Shown: positions 37,922 through 51,331 of the stretch, in pieces | How positions within the stretch are numbered: position 1 is the first letter of the stretch | How the letters are laid out: each line of letters starts with the position of its first letter | Assembly (NCBI GenBank): GCA_964252035.1 | Contig: OZ176203.1 | Direction: 5' to 3' (one strand) | Source of the DNA: Podarcis erhardii | Lineage: Eukaryota | DNA: 64,000 bases | Translations under genes and position numbers: made by a program | Notes under the pieces: model-generated | The model's input: only the letters and a program-made list of their open reading frames with translations | What the model was told of the DNA's origin: nothing | Databases searched by the model: none

Positions 37922-38159
37922 TACCAACATACATTTCTGTTTGCTAAACTTCTAAGGAAGAGTGTGGCACGGTTAATAAAGTTTGGTGCTGGTGATGTTC
38001 AGTAAACATGACCAATTGCTTTGCTTATTAGGTCTGCAAATCTTTATTTGTGTCCATTGTACGTGTGTTCAGTACGTTCATGTGTACCAGAACAGTCACG
38101 CATCTCACTGTTCTTATTGAATCTGTTTCTCTTCTCCTTGAATTACTGATGATTTACTG

Positions 38160-38365
38160 CAGAGCTTTCCAAACTGTGTGTCACGACATGTTAGTGTGTC
38201 GGCTGCAGTGTGTAAGTGTGACACGCGAATGCTCCCTGCACTGCTCCTGGAGCTGGCAAGGGCTTAGTTCTACCTCTGGTTTGCTAGTAAAACTGCATTA
38301 CTGTGTCACGAAATGATGCATGTCTAAAAAGTGTGTCATCAGCATGAAAAGTTTGGAAAGCTCTG
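38160..38365. mobile_element. hAT MITE
   Basis: Perfect 16-bp TIRs CAGAGCTTTCCAAACT and AGTTTGGAAAGCTCTG. TSD ATTTACTG / ATTTAGTG (7 of 8). Confidence 0.88.
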
Positions 38366-38752
38366 ATTTAGTGTGTCAAAGTGACCTGCACCAGGCAAGT
38401 TCATTCATTCCAACTTACAGTTGACCCACAGAAGTATGGTTGAGTTCCCCCCATTGATTCTTATATCTTCTGTTATTTCTAAACAGCTGTTTGATGCTGA
38501 AGCATGGGTATGGAGCGATCTATCACATCTTTCAAATTTTAGTGAAAGGATGAAGACCCATTTCACAGCCGCAAAAAAAGAGAAAAAACTAAGAAGAAAT
38601 AAATGCTTCTTAGCTATCTATGAGCAAGCCTAATTAGGACAAAAATGATTAGATTGAGGATGTAAATCTAAGCATAATGGTATGAAAATAGATTCCATTC
38701 AAATAGATGGGATTTCTCTCACATGGGATTTCCTTATTCTAGCAGTTATATT

Positions 38753-38754
<2 letters not shown>

Positions 38755-38792
<38 letters not shown>
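38755..38792. repeat. (AT)19 microsatellite
   Basis: Read directly. Confidence 0.96.
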
Positions 38793-38795
<3 letters not shown>

Positions 38796-38903
38796 TGAAA
38801 ATGACATTGTTCACAAAGACAGCTAAGATTTCCTCTGCATTTCATGCCCTCCCTCAGCAATTCACCTTTTAAGCAAACTGCAAACATTGTGAAATGGTAC
38901 AGC

Positions 38904-39821
38904 CAGGGCCATTTTAAGCAGATGCGGCTCCGGGGTGCAAAGATCCGCCCGGCGCCCTTAGGTTGCCCAGAGGTGTCAACCTTTGGGGGGGGGGAAGTTG
39001 TTGACCTTTTGCGGGATGCAGGGACTCACAGCACCCACCAATAGGGGTGCCAGCGCCCTCCCCCTCACAGGGGCGTATGAAGCTGGGTGTGGCTTCCATG
39101 TTGGGGGGAGACAAAATGTCGGGTGGCATAGTCGCCGTGCTGCCCGCCCACTGCCTCCCCCCTACTGCATGGTGGCTAACTGTTTCGGCTGTGCGCGCAG
39201 TGCCCGGGGAACAACGGGGAATGCAAGCAACAGCGGAGGAAAGATCTCCAGACAGTATCCACGTGCTCATATGCGGCCGGATTTGTTGCTGCTGTAGGCA
39301 CTGTCGGTGCGCAACGGATCCCATCTGGAGATGTTTCCTCCGCTGCCGCTTGCATTCCCCATCATTCTGCGCTGGCACCCCATGTTGGGCGGTGCTGGGA
39401 GCGTGCGCCAACAGCAGAAAAGCCAGCAAAGGAACCCACAGCTCGGCGCATGCAATGGGATGTGTCACGCAGCGCCCACAACGTTACACGGTACTCCAGG
39501 CGCGGCACTGAAACAGTTAGCCGCCATGCAGCTGGGGCAGGAGCTGACAGCTGAGCAGAGCAGAGCAGAGCCCATTGGAGTGCCACGGGCTCTTCTGCTG
39601 CGGGTGGCTTGGCACGAGTTCGGGGGCGAGTGTTGGGAGTCTGGGGAAGAGCCGCTTGCAGCAGAAGAGCCTGCGGCGCGCCAATGGGCTCTGCTCCGCT
39701 TGGCTGTTGGCGGCTCTTTCCCAGACTCCAACGCTTGGCCCTGGACTCTCGGCCTGGCACTCCTGAGAGCCTGGCGCCCAGGTGCCGTGCACCCCTAGCA
39801 CCAACGGTTAAGACGGCCTTG
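38904..39821. mobile_element. GC-rich non-autonomous hAT-like element (918 bp) with multiple internal hairpins
   Basis: TIRs CAGGGCCATTTTAA and TTAAGACGGCCTTG. Flanks GGTACAGC / GATGCAGC (6 of 8). Sharp GC step against the AT-rich flanks. Confidence 0.75.
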
Positions 39822-40020
39822 GATGCAGCTCTAATGGCATATAAAAAAAATCATTGTAGTGTTTGTTGGAGCCGTGCGTTGGATATTACTTTGAGTGGTC
39901 ATGTTTCCAAGCCTTTGGGGGTTCAGATTTCATGGAAATCAATATACAGATGGAAACAGAACTTATAAAGACCCCAGGGTTTATTGAGGGAATTGCAACT
40001 GAACGATGCAAAATGTAGCA

Positions 40021-40260
40021 CAGTGGAACCTCGGAAGTTGAACGGAATCCGTTCCGGAAGTCTGTTCAACTTCCAAAACGTTCAGAAACCAAGGTGCGGC
40101 TTCCGATTGGCTGAAGGAGCTCCTGCAGCCAATCGGAAGCCACATCGGACATTTGGGTTCCAAAGAACGTTCACAAACCGGAACACTCACTTCTGAGTTT
40201 GCGGCGTCCGGGAGCCAAAATGTTAGACTTGCAAGGCGTTTGGGATCCAAGGTATGACTG
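40021..40260. mobile_element. Tigger-type MITE
   Basis: Ends CAGTGGAACCTCGG and CCAAGGTATGACTG-TA. Central 16-bp perfect hairpin at 40098-40113 and 40126-40141. Confidence 0.8.
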
Positions 40261-41454
40261 TACATAATAATGTTTTTTTAAAACAACAACAACAATGGCT
40301 TCACTCAGCACATGTCAGAGAAAAGGCACATCTTTATTAGGTCTCTTTCTCTGCTCAACACAGAAATTTGGGACCTCCTTAAGAGGTTTATGTCTCCAAG
40401 TTGCATGTGGAAACCAAAAAACTTGTATGTTCACTGTGACTCAGTGCTAACTGAAAAATTTCCTCTCATGAAGAGAAGTTCGGGGCTGTTTTCTCCATCT
40501 GCCAATTTTGTTTCATTATTGGAAATCTACACAGAGCCTTCAGTTATGTCAAGCATTTCAGTTAAACCAATCAATTTAATATGGTTAGACAACAATGATA
40601 CAAATTGACCTACCAGAATTACTCTCCATGTTTCACTCTGTGTATTATTTATTTACTTACAAAGCTTATTTATTGCCTTTCTGCCTGTGGAAGACTCAAG
40701 GCATTGTACAGTAACAGCCGACCATCTGTCTCCTGCACAGGACTGTCCTCTGCACACACAAACACAACATAAAATAAAATTATGGTTGTCTAATGGTACA
40801 GGCAGGCTAGGCCTTGATTTGGTCCCCTGGACTAAGGTATATCACTCTCCACTTGTATACTCTGAACTTCTGCTGGGCTTTCCCCTTTGATAAAGCAGGC
40901 CCCTTCCTGAAATAGTATGTCTGTGGCTTTGTGTCACCTTTGGCAAAAGCATAAAAATATTTGTAAAGTAGCTCCCAGTAGATTCACAATGCATAAATGA
41001 TGCTGTGTGTCAACTTGAGGGTTTTGTTTCTGTGCTAGAATAATAATGTTTTTGTAATTCTGGCAATTGTTACAGATAAAATTGGTACTAACAGTTTCCT
41101 GTGCATTAAATTAAAATGGCCCCCAAACTTATTGTTGAATCTAGCATTACAATGCAATTAAACCAAAATGGTAAGTAGCGGCAACACTGCCTTTGCTCAG
41201 GGGTAGCCTTGGCTTCTTTCCCAGAAACTATATTTGGCATAATTCTAGATGGGCGTTTCCACTCCACTGTAATTTTATAAAGTCTAATTGCTAAAAGTAA
41301 AAAAAAAATATATTGAAACCTCAGGCGTTGATTACATAAATGATCTAGAGTTAGGGGTAAGCAGTGAGATGGTTGTTTGTGGTGGTTTTAAAAAAGGGAA
41401 AAGATAATGAGGCGCATCAAAAGGCTCTTTCCAAAAAATGGCAAACGTGCAGTA

Positions 41455-41560
41455 AAACGGCAAATGCAATTCAGTTTAAGCAAGTGTAATGTGATGTATA
41501 TTGGGAACAGAAACCCAAATTTTATATATATGCTCATGTTGTCTGAACTTGCAGTGATTG
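41455..41560 (+). mobile_element. Degenerate CR1 ORF2 fragment
   Basis: RQMQFSLSKCNVMYIGNRNPNFIYMLMLSELAV resembles the CR1 motif WQMKFNVDKCKVMHIG. Confidence 0.7.
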
Positions 41561-44500
41561 CCTCTTCACTCAGTGGTCTTACTCAGTATAATGATGGCAG
41601 CTTCTTGTGTTTTTATGAGCTGCTGTGTTGTAGGCTGAAATTATTTAGACCCTTTCAATGAAACCTTGCCTGGGTTGTTTTCTGTTCTAATTTCCCCCCT
41701 ATGCACTTTCATTGACATCTAATTGACCTCAAATGCCATTTTAGTGAAAACGACCAATAAGAGTGGAGATTTGGGTGTGTGGAGTGTTAAAATGGCACAG
41801 AGCAGTTGAACAACCTACTAAAGAAAAAAATAGATGGAATATGAAAGTGCTCACGTTGGAGTGAGATTTCCAAGGTTTTTCTCTTATCATTTTGTGATTG
41901 TCCTTAAGTCTAAATATCAGCTTAAGAAAAATCATTGCTTGGTATGAATAGTAATTGTAAAACTAGACTTTTCTGTATCAACATAGGAGGTGTTTTCACC
42001 TCTCTCTGAAAATCATGCATTTCCAATGAAGAGAATATACTTTAAAATCTTTCCATCTTCCTATGCAATGTTATTAGCACATAATTAAGGAAAGTGCAAC
42101 TAAAAAATAGCAAACTGTCCTCCTGACAAAATAAATGTGTGACTTTTGTTATGCAGACACTAATAGAAAGCACCCAAGCAAGTTGAATAATAAAATAACA
42201 GTTAATTAAAAACAATAAGGAAACACAGTTCCTGGCAAAAATAATTTGATTCCAACAGGTAAATGCCGTAGATCAAATCTAGTTACACTGCTATAAAACC
42301 TCTTCTAATTTACTGCACCATGATGGTTAATTCTTCTGATTGAGCGCACCATATTAGTTAATTTTATACAACGTGGGTACTTGGGTCAGTCTGTCTGAGC
42401 ATATCTACTAGAATAAAATTACCATTGAGAGAAATTGCTATTAAAACCTCATCTCTGTTTTAATTGCAAGTCTCTGAGTTGCTGAAATAAAAATTGTGTG
42501 GCGCTGGGATGAGTTTCATGCGTTCAGGGGTAGCGCAGATAGATGTTCATTAGATTACAGCAAGAGACCATTTTTCATGTGTGAGAAAACTGACTGGTTC
42601 TTTTTTTTTTTTTTTAAACGACTGATCACTTAAAGTGTTCATTTTGCCACAAAGATATTCTGAACAAGGAGAAAGGTACACAAGTTACTTTTGCCGTCAA
42701 ATTGACTCCAGCGACTCGATGTATTTACAGTAGTTTTGTGGGGGTGGGGGTTCTTTCTAAAAATATTATGTACTTTAAGGATTTTTTAGCAAGGCTAAAC
42801 TGACTAGTGCCAATAAAGAGTTGGAGTCGAAAACATCTAAAGGGCAGCAGATTGGTAAAGACTGGGCATAAAATGTTTTATTACAAAGTACTGATGGATT
42901 ATAATGGCAACGCGATGTTTTTTTGTTTTGGTTCATACTCTGTCTTTTTATGTAACAGTAGCACAATGATGTCCTCACAGTGGGGAGGGAATACCTTTCA
43001 GTGAAGACTGGGTTGCCTAGCATATTTGGGGAAAGGGAGTTTTTTCTCACAAGTACAGTCCTTGCAATTTCTTCTATTCAGACATTCCATATCAAGTGAT
43101 CCAACTTTTTTTTACTTCATGTAATCCAATTTTCTTAATATTCTGTACACTTGTTGAATGATCAAAACTAAGTTCAATTTTTTTTTTTTAATCTCATCAC
43201 GTTTTTTAGTTATGAGGGTTTTTTGTTTTTGTTTTTAAAAAAGACAATTTTGGTCTTGACAGACTAAAAGAAAACCTTACAAGCTCAGCCCATGATTAGG
43301 ATACGTCAAAACTAAAAACACCAATCTCTTTAGGACTTCACTGCCTTTCATATGATATGTCACATAATGAACTTACACTAAATTTTAAATTTGTTATAAA
43401 ATTTAAATTTGTTATAAAATTTAAAAAGTGATCAAAAAATTAATATAATTTTAAAATTCCAAAAATTGTATTGATTATTTAATATTTCTAAGAGTTACCT
43501 GCAAAATTTCATCTTAGGATCTCAATGGGATCACATTTTGTACATACATGTCTGCCTTATTGGGTTCTATTTAGGATAAATGGGTCTTCATGGAGTAAAA
43601 GATATCAGAACAATCAAGACTTTGACTATAATATCAGTTGCTTCCAGCATTTCTTTAGAAAGTTATTCAATTAAAGGGGGTCTGAAAAGCTAGTCAGGCT
43701 TTTCTTTTAAAAATGTGTTCCAAAGTCGAGTTCTATTGCTTTGAATGAATTCTTGTTAGTACTTCATTTCATGAACATTATACCAAATAGAAATCAAACA
43801 AAATTATGGGGGGAAAACCTTACACATGAAATTGAGTCCAATAAGTTAGGGTTGCCATATTTCAAAAAGTCATATGTTGGTATTTTTAAAAGGAAACCAC
43901 CAAAATAGTTGAGCTTTGCCCCCCCCCCCCCCAAAAAAAAACCCCACAATTTTTTGATTGACTTGCCTAAGATCCAGGACAAGGTGCTGCCTTTCTGAAA
44001 TTCCACCTGGATGTCAGTTCTGCCTTTGAAATCCCAGTAATGTCTGGGAAAATTCGGGCGTATGGCCTAAATATGTTATATGCTTCAAGCGTGATTTGAG
44101 GGGAGGAATTAATTATTGGTACACACAGCAGTTAGAATGATCATTGAATAATCATATGTGACAGACATTCCCTCCCTCTTTTCCTTTTTAAATGAAGCTG
44201 AGATTTTCAAGGGCAAAGGCTTGCTGTTCGGTTTCTTCAATGCCTGAAGAAGAGATTTAAGACTGGTTAGGTGATAAAAGCTCAACAGATTTATTCCAGG
44301 GTGCTTATTTTTGCATAATGCAGATATTTATAAAATTACAAGTTATCTTTAAAACGTTCTCCTCTTTAAAAAGTTCTCAACTTTATTCCAGACATCGGAA
44401 TTGCTGCTACGTAAAAGGAGGCAGTGCCAGGGATAAATGTTTACGCCAGATTTAGTTTTTGCTTAAGTTCAGTGGCCATGTTTAAAATGCAGGAAGGTTA

Positions 44501-44929
44501 TTTCATTTCAGTTCTCATTATTTCCAAACCTTACAGTCTGCAATTTGTATATTTAGCTGCCAAATAAAACATCCTTTGGCAAATCAAAATCTTCCCCAGT
44601 ATTTCTTATGCAAACTAATGCAAGTTTTGGGATTGAAAAAGGTTGGGGGATAGAGAGGGAGTATGAGAAATTGACATAATGATTATCCTGGAGAGGGAAA
44701 GTTGCATATTCTCCAAATACAAACATACCACATTCTTAACAGTGCTATATATAAAAAAAATCCAGTTTGAAAAATAATGCAGGGAAAATGAGATCTGACC
44801 ACAGTGTTGTGTCTTTATCAAGCTTCTTATATGTAGCAATATGGCAGGACGTCTTAGGAAAGTATAGATAGAGGAGCTACAAGCTCCTATTTATTATTTA
44901 TCCCAGTGCAGCATAATATGAAGGCTGCT

Positions 44930-45080
44930 GGGATAGTTCAGTCAGAAGAACATGAGACTCTTAATCTCAGGGCCATGGATCCAGGCCCCACTTTGGGCAA
45001 AAGATTCCTGAATTGTGAGGGGGTTGGACTAAATGACTCTTCTGGTCCCTTTCCAACTCTAATATTATATGATTCCATGA
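44930..45080 (+). mobile_element. tRNA-Lys-derived short SINE (Squam3-like), full length
   Basis: Head gggatagttcagtcagaagaacatgagactcttaatctcaggg...ccccactttgggc and CR1-type tail ggtccctttccaactct...atgattccatga. Confidence 0.85.
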
Positions 45081-46139
45081 AGAGCTGTAGCATCCCTTGA
45101 CAAATCCATGCTGCTCACATATACTGTATGTGCGTTCTCTCTCTCATTCATATATATGGAGGAGTCTGCCAAATGCCGGTAGGTTATCCTTATTAGCTGG
45201 AAAGGTGCATATTCAGTGCAACCCTGCAGCCTCTTTCAGTGTATGATTAATGCATGAAGGGGACTTCTGCTGCCTTGCCATCTTGTTGACTCCGCCAGTC
45301 TTTCTCAGCTGGTAGCAGTCAGCACGGTGCTTTGGCCCTATTTTTCACTTGGGTGCTTAGATTGGCAGAGAGAGTTCTCTTGGTAGTTGCACCCCCTCAG
45401 AAATATTCTCTGTGGCCGCCCCTAAGTTGTAGAACTTCCTCCCCACAGAGGTGCAACTGGCAACTTCACTATACAATTTTTAGAAAATGCTGAAAACTTA
45501 TCTCTTTACCCTGGTCATTAACACCTGAGCTGTATATTTTCAGGACCACCCCAGTTATTCACAGTCACATGTTTAGTAATGTTGCGTTTCTTAAAACTGT
45601 TTTTAATGTTGTATTTTATATAGTTGTAACCAGCCCTGGGACCTTAAGATTATGGGCAGTTAATAAATTGAATTAAAAATGATAATCACATTTTAACGTA
45701 AGTTTAAGCTAATGGGTGTGGTCTGTTGCAACCATGACGTACCCAAGCTGTATGCAGGAAACCAAGAACACACCTTGGCTTCGCATTGTAGTTTGTTTGG
45801 AAAGAAACAAACCAGGAGTGCTGGCTAAGACACATGGTTTGTTGTTGCTGGTTGAATGAAGGGAGGAGCAAAATGGAAGCACTTCTCTTGCATGTACTTG
45901 TGGTTTGTGCCACATTATAGTTTAATTAAACCATTCACCTTGGCTTTGCAGTGCATGCAAATAGAGCCATTGAGTTGAGGGAGACCTCCAGGTGCACAAG
46001 AATTTTAATTATTATTATTATTTTAATGAGCCCAATGTATCAGGCATGCTAAACCTGCGGAAACATCCCTCTAGAAGCACCGTATCTGTCGAGGCCAAGT
46101 CTGTTGTTCATACAACAGCATCTGTTCTTGTAACTAGTT

Positions 46140-46468
46140 AAGAACATAAGAAGAGGCTGCTGGATCCAGTGGCGTAGCGTGGGTTGTCAGCACCCGGGGC
46201 AAGGCAAGTAATTTGCGCCGCCTAACCCGTGGATTTGCGCCCCCTAACCCTAACCCCCAGATGTTGTGCCCGGTGCGGCCGGCCCCCCCCCCCTGCACCC
46301 CCATGCTACGCCACTGGCTGGATCAGGCCATTGGCCCATCTAGTCCAGCACCCTGTGGCCAACTAGATGCCTGTAGGAAACCCATAAGCAGGACTGGAGC
46401 ACAAGGGCACTCTCCCCCTGCTGCCTCCGACCGCAGAGGTAGAGCATAGCTATCATCGCTAGTTGATT
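46140..46468 (-). mobile_element. CR1-type 3' end interrupted by a hAT MITE
   Basis: agaacataagaagaggctgctggatc|aggccattggcccatctagtccagca is contiguous once the MITE and one TSD copy are removed. Confidence 0.7.
46167..46316. mobile_element. 150-bp hAT MITE (deletion derivative of the 51332-52057 family)
   Basis: TIRs CAGTGGCGTAGC and GCTACGCCACTG. Exact TSD GCTGGATC at 46159-46166 and 46317-46324. Confidence 0.95.
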
Positions 46469-46476
46469 GTCTAGTT

Positions 46477-46724
46477 CATGGGTAGGCAAACTATGGCCCA
46501 GGGGCCGGATCTGGCCCAATCACCTTCTAAATCCGGCCCGCAGACAATCCGGGAATCAGTGTGTTTTTACATGAGCAGAATGTGTGCTTTTATTTAAAAT
46601 GCATCTCTGGGTTATTTGTGGGGCATAGGAATGTGTTCATTCCCCCCCCCCATATACTCCGGCCCCCCACAAGGTCTGAGGGACAGTGGACCAGCCCCCT
46701 GCTGAAAAAGTTTGTTGACCCCTG
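46477..46724. mobile_element. hAT (Charlie-like) MITE
   Basis: Ends CATGGGTAGGCAAA and TTTGTTGACCCCTG. Exact TSD GTCTAGTT at 46469-46476 and 46725-46732. Confidence 0.9.
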
Positions 46725-46887
46725 GTCTAGTTTAAGCACCCAAGTGTGTTTGTCCAAGATAAATTTCAGTTCATCACCCAGTTTTAGAAAGTTCAATTTC
46801 ATTTTTAAAGGAGAAAAAAAAGATAATTTTTTTTCGTTGAATAGTTATTAACAAAATTATAGGCATTCAATAACTGGTGATGTAACA

Positions 46888-47084
46888 GGTTACAGACTCC
46901 GCCAACCCAGAAATAGTGCTTCAGGTTAAGAACTTTGCTTCAGGATGAGAACAGAAATCGTGCTCTGGCGGCGCGGCGGCAGCAGGAGGCCCCATTAGCT
47001 AAAGTGGTGCTTCAGGTTAAGAACAGTTTCAGGTTAAGTACGGACCTCCGGAACGAATTAAGTACTTAACCTGAGGTACCACTG
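46888..47084. mobile_element. Mariner/Tigger-type MITE lacking its left TIR
   Basis: Near-identical to 61976-62194 from caggttacagactcc onward; ends GAGGTACCACTG-TA. Confidence 0.88.
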
Positions 47085-48684
47085 TATTGGATTATTCAGA
47101 AGATCCATACTGAATATTTCCCATTTTGAGGAGGGGAAGAGTTTTTCGCTTGCTTAACTTTTTTCTTTATTATTGTTAACTTAAATAGGCTTTTTTTCAG
47201 CTTAGCTCACCAGAGCTCAGCTCCAACACCTCTCAGGAGAACAAGGGAGAAGTTCATGGTGAGCTCCAGCACCTCTTTTTCTAGAAAAATAGCACTGGTG
47301 TTAGCTATTCCATGATCATTTCATCCCACACTCAAGAGAACCAAGCTGTTGTTTACTTCCACTTGGGCATCCTTTTCTTTTTTTAACAGTCCTGTACCAG
47401 CCCACATATACCCTTTTCAAGTAAGAAATGTTTGAGATGACTTTAACAAGTCAATGTTGAAATGTGGTTCAATTCCCAAGTGACTTTCTGTTGGGAAATC
47501 TAAATCTCCCAGACACTTATTAAATTGTCCTTTTTCCCCCAGCTGTCGCTGAATCTCTACACTGTTTCTTTGGGTTGAACAACAACAGTAAAAAGCGATG
47601 TAAGATAACACTCAGGATGGATTTTGTTTGGTCTTTTTCCAGTTTCGGCTGCCTCCCACTTTTCAACTGCAGTAAAGAGTCACTACGTAATAAGATCTGA
47701 GTTAATGGTAAAATCCAGATTAATACTGAGAATTAATTAGGTGGAAATACATCATAATTTCATGCCTTTTGGAGATTACAGTTGAGTTCTCATGTAAACC
47801 ACAAATGGTTAAGTTTTTTACCTCAGTATTTTCTTTCCTGCATGGATAATAACTTTTTGGGAACACTATTTCATTTTGGTAAAATAAGAAAAGAAAAGAA
47901 TTCTGATCTCAATTACTCAGAACAAAGCTACTTGTTAGCTAGTAATGAGCACACTTATAGAAGTAGTCCAACCTAGATATTTCAGGAAATGACTGAGATT
48001 TTTAAAAGCAACAAAAACAACAAACAGCTGAATAGGTTGGAGACATCTCATTTAGACGCGTTTGCGAGATAGAGCTTATCTCCAGAAACCAAGCTTTATA
48101 CATGTTATCATACTTATGTGTGTTACCATTCTCTGCTGAGCACAAACAAATGCAAGCCTAGTTACATTGGGATGGTGTTCATAAACTGACTCCAAAGAAA
48201 AACATGGCTCTTCCACATTCCCGGTGCAGGATTCTGTTGGAGTAAGCATAATTCCAACCTGAAAATAAATGGCACCTCTGCTGGTTGAACACAGATCACA
48301 CTCACTGGATCTCTGGTCTGAGTTGCGTTCCGCAAGTGGGTCCTGCCTTAGTGTCTCATATTTGTTCTGTTTGCATGTGCAAGGACATGTGCGTATTTAT
48401 TTGATTTGTTGGATGTTCATCCTATTCTAAAAAGAGCACAGTGAAGGCAGCTGCTTGATCTCAATAGGCAGTCTAAGTTCCCTAGTGTAAGTGCTTCAGC
48501 CTAAATGATCGCGATCTTACCAATGTGAAACAGATATTATGTGGCCACCTTTAGTAGTGCCAGTTCCGCTGACCAAAGTGGTTGAGTGGGCACGTGTAGA
48601 ATAAGGTGGCCTCGTAGGTTGTGGGACAGTTACTGAAAATACATACTTAAGTGCCCTTGCTTTTCAGAATGGATGTGTCTATGG

Positions 48685-48819
48685 CAGTGTTTCCTAATTT
48701 TGGGTCTCCAGCTGCTTTCAGACTACAATACCCATCATCCCTGACCACTGGTCTTGGTAGCTAGGGATGATGGGAGTTGTAGTCTAAAACAGCTGGAGAC
48801 CCATGGTTGGGAAACACTG
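48685..48819. mobile_element. Short palindromic hAT MITE (URR1-like)
   Basis: Ends CAGTGTTTCC and GGAAACACTG. TSD GTCTATGG / GTCTACTG (6 of 8). Confidence 0.85.
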
Positions 48820-50906
48820 GTCTACTGTATAGTGAAGAAGGCACCTTTCAGGTCATCCTAGATGTTGTGATGGTACAAAGGAGATGGTGGAGCACCAATG
48901 TAATGTATTCTCCAAGACCTACCTGAGAAAATAGCTCCAGATGGCCAAAGCATGGTAGAGGCCAGACTGGTACATAATAGTTTGCATTTTCCATTTACCC
49001 TACCAAATTGAGACAAATATTTACTTGTTTTCCATCTGTGACAGATTTCCTTGGCACACTTGACAGATAACTACAGGGAAGGTATATGAACAATAAAACC
49101 AACAAAGTCTTGTATCAGATATCATTACTTTTCACTAAATTAATTTAAGATGTTTCAATTGCATAACACTTGAAATATAATATATAGCATTAATAACTGC
49201 AGCCTCAACAGCCTTTTGGTTTGATCACTCTTATCCGCATTGTCCCCAAATGTAATCTTCTAGGAGTTGAGAAGCCTTGTTTCCTATTTTTATGAAAGCT
49301 AGACACAAGTCATCAATCACAGAATGTATTTCATCTTGCTTGCTGTAGATAAGTTACACTCTTTACACAGTATAAGGATTTGTCAAGTATTCCTGTAATA
49401 AAGAGACAAATGAATGAGCAGCTTGGAAACGTAATGTGCTAGCAGATGAAAAATTGGTGTTTCATAGACTACCGTATTCTGTAGAGACAACTTTAATACC
49501 TGCATTAAAAAGAGAGAGATGAAAGTGACCTTCTGTAAATGTGGGGACGGGTCACACATTACAATAGGGTCATATTTGCATGGAGAACTGTAATATGTGG
49601 ACTATGCTATGCTCAAAAACAGCTTTCTGGCAGCAGTTTGTATACTGGCTGAAAAAATGCAACATGACCTCTAAATGAGAGTTTACTATGGTTTTTAGAG
49701 GAATCACAAATGGGACGTTTCAATGGTGGCTGTGAACAACCATGGAGGGCTTGGTTTTCAAGCTAAAGTGGTCCAGGCAAGTGCATTCCATGGAAACATT
49801 TAGGGAACCCTGTGAGCAATGCTTCCTGCTCATACATTTTTTATTGGGGATTCAGGAAGGTCACACGCAAACCAAAGACTGGCATCAGCTCTACCGAGAA
49901 AAGTGTGTTCCCAGCCCTATGTGAAGATATCAGGGGCAAAACTGTGCTAAGGCCTTTCCCCAGTGTAGCTGTAAAGAGATGTTGCTTCAGCAAAGAGCTT
50001 GAAGTCTTATTACACTGGCAAGGGATGTGTTGTCGTTGACCGTGCCTTGTTGCAGGAACCAGCTGTGTGTTTTTAAGTCACACGTACCTGGTTTTGTACC
50101 CATCAGCCCATGCAAGGTTGGAGAGGCTCAGGTGCTGTTGGGGACTCGTATTCTGAGTCCGAGAACAAGGGTAAGGATATGGGAGAACATACTGAAGGTT
50201 CTCCCCTGTACGGAGTAGCCTCTACCCTATATCCTTGTGGTATTGCAGCCCCTACTGAGGTTAGGCGCCATGACACTGGCCCATAATGAATCAGTATCTG
50301 GAAGTGTGCTGTTTGAATATTCAGGAGCTTAGTTTATTACTTCCAAACTCTCTTGGGAAAAAATGTTTTGGGACCTCCAGTATATAACACATAGCTTGCC
50401 ACACTAAACTTTAAATTTCATGTTGCGTGTGACATTTTCAGTATCTGTGATGAGCCATCCTTATTTTATGTTCAGAGCCAACATAGGAGGAGTGCGGGCG
50501 GAGAGGGGGAGAACCCACCTTTTTTAATCCCAAAGGTCAAAACCATAGTGTGAAATTAGATAGTTAAACTTTATGTTGTTGAGGGTTTTTTTAAATTAAA
50601 TTTATTTTCCTTGGTTTAAGGACTTTGAAAAGTCAAGTGTATTTTCCAAGTCACAAGGGGTCAGAAAACTACATATCTGTTGAAAATAAAACTCAGCTGT
50701 ATAAACACAAGAAAGTTGATTAATGTGCCTCACACTGAGTAAAGTAATACACAAAAAACAAGGATAAAAGAAAGAGAATAAAATCTTAAAGCAGATTAAG
50801 ATTTTGTCAGATGCAGTGAATTAAAATCTATTGAAATATCCAGATAAAGGAAAATGTTTTGCCCTGTATCTAAACTATTGCAACATTGGTGCTAAATAAA
50901 CCTCTT

Positions 50907-51300
50907 TGGGGAATGATCAGGGCACAAATCAATTGACGAGAACCCGCTCGCCATCCGTAAATAATCAGTCTCACACCAAAATGGGTTGTAGAAATCTGGC
51001 CGCAGCTCTCTCTAGAAGCTGCTGCTGCCCCAACCTTTATTGTGAGTCCCAGAAAAGATACAAATTCAAGGAGAGAGCTTTGCCTCAGTCAGCAGATAAA
51101 AGACAATACAATACATTAGTCTCATGTTCTCACACCAGACCACGCAGTTGATCATGCTATGCTACGTGGACCAATCATTGGATGGCATGAGCTCTCCACG
51201 CGTTGATCATGCTTCCAAGCAATGCTTTTAGCTATGAAATCATCCTTGCGATAATAAACTTTTGCCCATGCTCTTATGGACAAATGACCATATTCCCACA
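50907..51300 (-). mobile_element. Possible solo LTR
   Basis: Ends TGGGGAAT and ATTCCCACA, about 390 bp long, minus-strand AATAAA at 51036-51041. No TSD seen. Confidence 0.35.
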
Positions 51301-51331
51301 ATCAATCTGATGAAAAAGGTACATGGAGAAG

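Noticed and set aside
38914-39968. Many overlapping 60-184 aa ORFs on both strands
   Set aside because: A by-product of high GC and stop-codon scarcity inside a non-autonomous transposon; no recognisable domain.
44930-45002. tRNA-Lys gene
   Set aside because: The stems and B box are mutated and the sequence continues into a CR1-type tail, so it is a SINE head.
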